Below, in pieces: positions 7,850 to 11,257 of a DNA stretch of 11,257 nt. Numbering within the stretch: position 1 is the first letter of the stretch; every line of letters begins with the position of its first letter. Made by a program: the position numbers and the translations under genes. This stretch comes from an uncultured Candidatus Actinomarina sp. (GTDB lineage Bacteria > Actinomycetota > Acidimicrobiia > Actinomarinales > Actinomarinaceae), in NCBI GenBank assembly GCA_902634185.1, contig CACPJC010000011.1, forward strand, positions 1-11,257. The letters are read 5' to 3'. Below the pieces are notes generated by a model. The model worked only from the letters and a program-made list of their open reading frames with translations. It made no database searches and was not told the DNA's origin.

Positions 7850-8748
7850 AATTGCATACTCTAGCAACTGCAGGCCTTGTAACCTCAATTCTCTCAATTC
7901 TTGCAGGAGCAATTGTGAGAGCAACAGGATCTGGTGACGGATGTGGAGCATCTTGGCCAACTTGTAATGGAAGAGTAGTTCCAAGTCTTGATACAACATC
8001 TGAGATTATTGAATTTAGTCATAGGTCTATCAGTGGAGTTTTATTAATCATCACAATTTTGTTGTTTATAAAAAGTAGAGATTCACATACGCCATTGATT
8101 CAAAAAAAAATTATAAATTACTTAACTTTTTTTGTTTTACTGGAAGCTTTAATAGGAGCAATAATTGTAATTTATGAATGGGTTGGACTGAATTCATCAT
8201 TACCAAGAATTATTGCAGTACCACTACACCTAGTAAACACCTTTGCACTTTTAGGTTTCTATACTTTAATTTATTTTCTTCTAAATGAATCAAAAAGTAG
8301 CTTAAATTATTTTTTTGATCAGAGATTAAAGATTGCATTCATCCTGTTCTTCTTAACTGGAGCGACGGGTTCAATTACAGCATTGGCAGACGTACTATTT
8401 CCAAGCGCATCATTTATTGAGGGACTTGCAGACGATTTTGACTCAACAAGTGAACTACTTACAAGATTGAGAATAGTTCATCCAATAGTGTCGATGATTC
8501 TATCAATCTTTCTCTTTTCGGAATCGAATAGGTTGAATAAAGAAATCGGAATTAAGACTCAAAGTATAAAATTGTTAATTTACATCGGTGTAGCACTTGG
8601 AACATTAAATGTAGTATCAAATATTATTTTGCCCTTAAGCATCCTTCATTTGTTACTAGCTGACCTCTTGTGGATTACATATATATATAAATCAGCCAAA
8701 AAATCAGTATTGTTAGAAAACACTGAAAATATTGGAGAATTTAATTAG
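7846..8748 (+). CDS. ctaA: Heme A synthase (COX15/CtaA family)
   Basis: 300 aa, about 8 TM helices. GAIVRATGSGDGCGASWPTCNG cysteine pair, EFSHR motif and further conserved His residues (HLVN, HPIV, HLLLA). Confidence 0.9.
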   Translation: MKLHTLATAGLVTSILSILAGAIVRATGSGDGCGASWPTCNGRVVPSLDTTSEIIEFSHRSISGVLLIITILLFIKSRDSHTPLIQKKIINYLTFFVLLEALIGAIIVIYEWVGLNSSLPRIIAVPLHLVNTFALLGFYTLIYFLLNESKSSLNYFFDQRLKIAFILFFLTGATGSITALADVLFPSASFIEGLADDFDSTSELLTRLRIVHPIVSMILSIFLFSESNRLNKEIGIKTQSIKLLIYIGVALGTLNVVSNIILPLSILHLLLADLLWITYIYKSAKKSVLLENTENIGEFN

Positions 8749-8802
8749 CTTTAAATTAAAAACAGCTCTATCCTTACTTTTCGGTAACTAGAAATTAAAT
8801 TT

Positions 8803-8808
8803 AAAGGT
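8803..8808 (+). promoter_or_regulatory. Shine-Dalgarno sequence of the sigma factor gene
   Basis: AAAGGT lies 7 nt upstream of the ATG at 8816. Confidence 0.55.
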
Positions 8809-8815
8809 CAAAACA

Positions 8816-9871
8816 ATGGTGACAAAAACAATCCCATCTAAACCTAAAGCTTCAAAAATGGAAGCAGAACTTGCTGCTGAGGAAGATTCATTAACCCCTG
8901 AGCAAGAAGCTGAAGCTAGAGAAAAAGCAAAATCATTGGTTAAGAAACTTGCTGACGATAAAGGAAAACTTACAACCGATTTAGTTAGCCAATATCTTAC
9001 TGCTATCGGAAACTTTGATCTTTTAACTGCTGAGCAAGAAGTTGAATTAGCCCAAAAAATTGAATCTGGTGAAAAAGCTGCTGTTAAATTAACTAAAAAG
9101 CAATACAAAGATAAAAAAGGTGAAATTAGGTTAAAGCGAGACCGAAAAAAAGGAGCTGAAGCAAAAGACGCGTTCCTAACTGCTAACTTGAGACTTGTAG
9201 TCGCAAATGCTCGAAGATATGCAAACACTTCTGGAATTGACTTTTTAGATTTAATTCAAGAAGGGAACTTAGGATTAATAAGAGCAGTTGAAAAATTTGA
9301 TTGGAGAAAAGGATTTAAGTTTTCAACCTATGCAACATGGTGGATCAGACAAGCAATTACAAGAGCAATTGCTGATAAATCAAGAACAGTAAGGATACCT
9401 GTACACTTGCACGATACAATGGCTGCTGTCAGAGCCGCTCAAGCACAATTAAAAGCTGAACTTGGAAGAGATCCAAAACCACAAGAAATAGCAAAAGAAG
9501 CAGGTGTTGGTGTAGACAAAGTTGAATTAGCTTTGAGCGTAGCTGATACTGTTTCTCTGGAGCAACCTGTCGGAGAAGATGGAGCTCAACTTGGAGATTT
9601 TATACAAGATGAAGACGCAAGTGATCCATCATTAATCGTACAAGATCTTGATGTTGCTGAAAGTTTGCGAGATAGTATTAGTAGGCTACCTGAAAGAGAA
9701 GGAAGAATACTAGCTCTCAGATATGGTTTCTATGATGGTGTACCAAGAACTTTAGAAGAAATTGGTGAAGAATTTGATTTAACTAGAGAAAGAATCAGAC
9801 AGCTTGAAAAACTTGCACTTTGTAGGTTAAGACATCCTTCATTTGGAATTAGAGAGCAAGACCTAGTTTAA
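8816..9871 (+). CDS. RNA polymerase sigma-70 factor, RpoD/SigA-like (group 1 or group 2)
   Basis: 351 aa. Region 1.2 [20 protein letters not shown]; region 2 ANLRLVV...[18 protein letters not shown]...[17 protein letters not shown]; region 3; region 4 [21 protein letters not shown]...LRHPS. sigA and sigB cannot be distinguished here. Confidence 0.95.
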   Translation: MVTKTIPSKPKASKMEAELAAEEDSLTPEQEAEAREKAKSLVKKLADDKGKLTTDLVSQYLTAIGNFDLLTAEQEVELAQKIESGEKAAVKLTKKQYKDKKGEIRLKRDRKKGAEAKDAFLTANLRLVVANARRYANTSGIDFLDLIQEGNLGLIRAVEKFDWRKGFKFSTYATWWIRQAITRAIADKSRTVRIPVHLHDTMAAVRAAQAQLKAELGRDPKPQEIAKEAGVGVDKVELALSVADTVSLEQPVGEDGAQLGDFIQDEDASDPSLIVQDLDVAESLRDSISRLPEREGRILALRYGFYDGVPRTLEEIGEEFDLTRERIRQLEKLALCRLRHPSFGIREQDLV

Positions 9872-10414
9872 TTTAGATATAATTTCCTCTAAATCTTCAA
9901 TACTTTCAAAATAATTTATAAACTGTTTATCAAGTTCCATATTCTCGGGAAGATTATCAATAATTTCTTTCCAAAAATCTTTTTTCAAGTAAATGGGGAT
10001 TAAGTCATATTCTTTATTAATGTTGTACAAATAATTTGAGTTCCAAGCAACAAAAAGCTCGGTAAGTGTTCCAATTTTACCCGGTAACACAATGAAAGCT
10101 TTTGATTCGTTCAGCAAATAATGAATTCGATTTGATAAACTTTCAGCTTTAATTTCATTGTTTACATATGAATTAGGTGTACGTTCGAAACCTTTACTTG
10201 CTTTATCTGAAAATAATGTTGGTACAGTAACTCCGATAACTTTAACTCCTTGCTTCGCTGCTCCTTTTGATACGGCTTCCATAGTCCCCTGATACCCACC
10301 AGTTGCAACATTATGTCCATATTTACCGATCAAGCTACCAACACTTTCAGCAAATTCATATTCTGAGTCACCTTCTTTGCATCTTGAAGATCCAAATACT
10401 GTAATTTGTTTCAT
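9863..10414 (-). CDS. LOG/SLOG-family nucleotide phosphoribohydrolase-like protein
   Basis: 183 aa Rossmann-like fold with [24 protein letters not shown] and a [10 protein letters not shown] variant of the PGGxGTxxE motif. Confidence 0.85.
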   Translation of the reverse strand: MKQITVFGSSRCKEGDSEYEFAESVGSLIGKYGHNVATGGYQGTMEAVSKGAAKQGVKVIGVTVPTLFSDKASKGFERTPNSYVNNEIKAESLSNRIHYLLNESKAFIVLPGKIGTLTELFVAWNSNYLYNINKEYDLIPIYLKKDFWKEIIDNLPENMELDKQFINYFESIEDLEEIISKLN

Positions 10415-10420
10415 ATAAAA

Positions 10421-10456
10421 AGATTACAGACGCTCAATCATATAGAGGTGTAAAAT
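10421..10456. promoter_or_regulatory. Back-to-back -10 elements for putative leaderless LOG and tldD transcripts
   Basis: Minus-strand TAATCT (10426-10421) is 6 nt before the LOG ATG. Plus-strand TAAAAT (10451-10456) is 7 nt before the tldD ATG. No Shine-Dalgarno sequence lies between either hexamer and its ATG. Confidence 0.5.
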
Positions 10457-10463
10457 AAAATAA

Positions 10464-11257
10464 ATGTTTAATGAAATAAACAAAAGTATTGATGTAGCAA
10501 TAAGCTCAGGTGCACAATACGCTGACGCAAGAATTCTAATATCAAAAAGTAGAGATATATCTTCAAAAGACGGTGAGTTGGAGGATTTTAGTAACTCTGA
10601 AAATATGGGTTTAGGTATACGAGCCTTAGTGGGATCGTCATGGGGATTTTATGCTACTTATGACCTATCAGATGAGTCACTAAAGGAGGCTGGAAAAAAA
10701 GCATATTTAATTGCAAAAGCATCTTCTAAGGTACCAGGTAAAGATTTTCCATTAGCTGATGTTCCAATTGTAAAAGATGAATATGTAACACCACATGAAC
10801 AAAATCCTTTTAAGGTTTCGACAACTGATCAAATAGATTTAATAGTTTCCTCAACTCATGAAATGAAAAAAATAGGTAGCTCCAGAGCCTTTGGCAGGCT
10901 AAATTTTTGGGATACTGAGAAGTGGTTTGCATCGAGCCAGGGTCATGAAATATACCAGAACATAATTGAATCTGGTGGTGGCATTTCTTCCTTAAGTATT
11001 GGTGATGGAGAAACACAAATACGATCATATCCACAATCTTTTGGTGAATACAGAACAGGAGGATGGGAAGTCATTCAAAGTTTTAAATTTTTAGATCATG
11101 TTGAGAGAATTTCTGAAGAATCTAAAAGACTTTTAACATCTCCACAATGTCCTGAGGGGACAAGAGATTTGATTTTAGAAGGCAGTCAACTTGCACTTCA
11201 GATACATGAGTCAGTTGGTCATGCGATTGAGCTAGATAGAATTTTAGGTTGGGAAGC
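10464..11257 (+). CDS. tldD: TldD/PmbA-family metalloprotease, TldD type (5' part; runs off the window)
   Basis: Absent from the ORF track because there is no stop in the window. My translation gives MFNEINKSIDVAISSGAQYADARIL...GLGIRALVGSSWGFYA...QIRSYP...LQIHESVGHAIELDRILGWEA, with the HExxxH metal motif typical of TldD. Confidence 0.92.
   Translation, partial: MFNEINKSIDVAISSGAQYADARILISKSRDISSKDGELEDFSNSENMGLGIRALVGSSWGFYATYDLSDESLKEAGKKAYLIAKASSKVPGKDFPLADVPIVKDEYVTPHEQNPFKVSTTDQIDLIVSSTHEMKKIGSSRAFGRLNFWDTEKWFASSQGHEIYQNIIESGGGISSLSIGDGETQIRSYPQSFGEYRTGGWEVIQSFKFLDHVERISEESKRLLTSPQCPEGTRDLILEGSQLALQIHESVGHAIELDRILGWE

Noticed and set aside
7847-7863. XRE TGA stop as a possible selenocysteine codon
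   Set aside because: Read-through adds only four codons (N-C-I-L) before TAG. There is no redox motif or evident SECIS, and the ATGA overlap explains the TGA.
8749-8800. Possible terminator or hairpin between ctaA and the sigma gene (e.g. TTACT-TTTC-GGTAA)
   Set aside because: The stem is only 4-5 weak pairs with no U-tract.
8788-11034. Minus-strand ORFs 8788-9228 and 10810-11034
   Set aside because: Antisense to the sigma factor and tldD respectively, with no independent coding evidence.
1-11257. CRISPR array, tandem repeats, IS elements, riboswitches
   Set aside because: No periodic repeats or transposase motifs seen, and the spacers (67 bp or less) leave little room for structured leaders.

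Overview
AT-rich (roughly 30% GC by eye), very compact bacterial chromosome segment of mostly housekeeping genes. It has no integrase, transposase, CRISPR array or defence locus. Left to right: 3' end of a probable lgt (+); a tightly packed minus-strand run transcribed in the order selC (tRNA-Sec, anticodon UCA), hflX, gnd, M1 aminopeptidase, F420-type LLM oxidoreductase, Ca/Na antiporter; a divergent plus-strand run of a membrane-anchored XRE-HTH protein, ctaA and a sigma-70 (RpoD/SigA/SigB-like) factor; a LOG-family gene (-); and the 5' part of tldD (+). Actinobacterial-type proteins, low GC, tiny spacers and leaderless-looking starts suggest a streamlined marine actinobacterium such as Ca. 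Actinomarina (inference only). The ORF track misses the most notable signals: the tRNA-Sec heading the hflX run, a symmetric 9-bp inverted repeat that reads as -35/-10 promoters on both strands between selC and the XRE gene, and a 3-codon UGA-terminated uORF overlapping the hflX TTG start. Gnd also has Asp in place of the NADP-specifying Arg. I cannot demonstrate a new multi-gene system from sequence alone; the selC / symmetric promoter / XRE-ctaA junction is the best lead.
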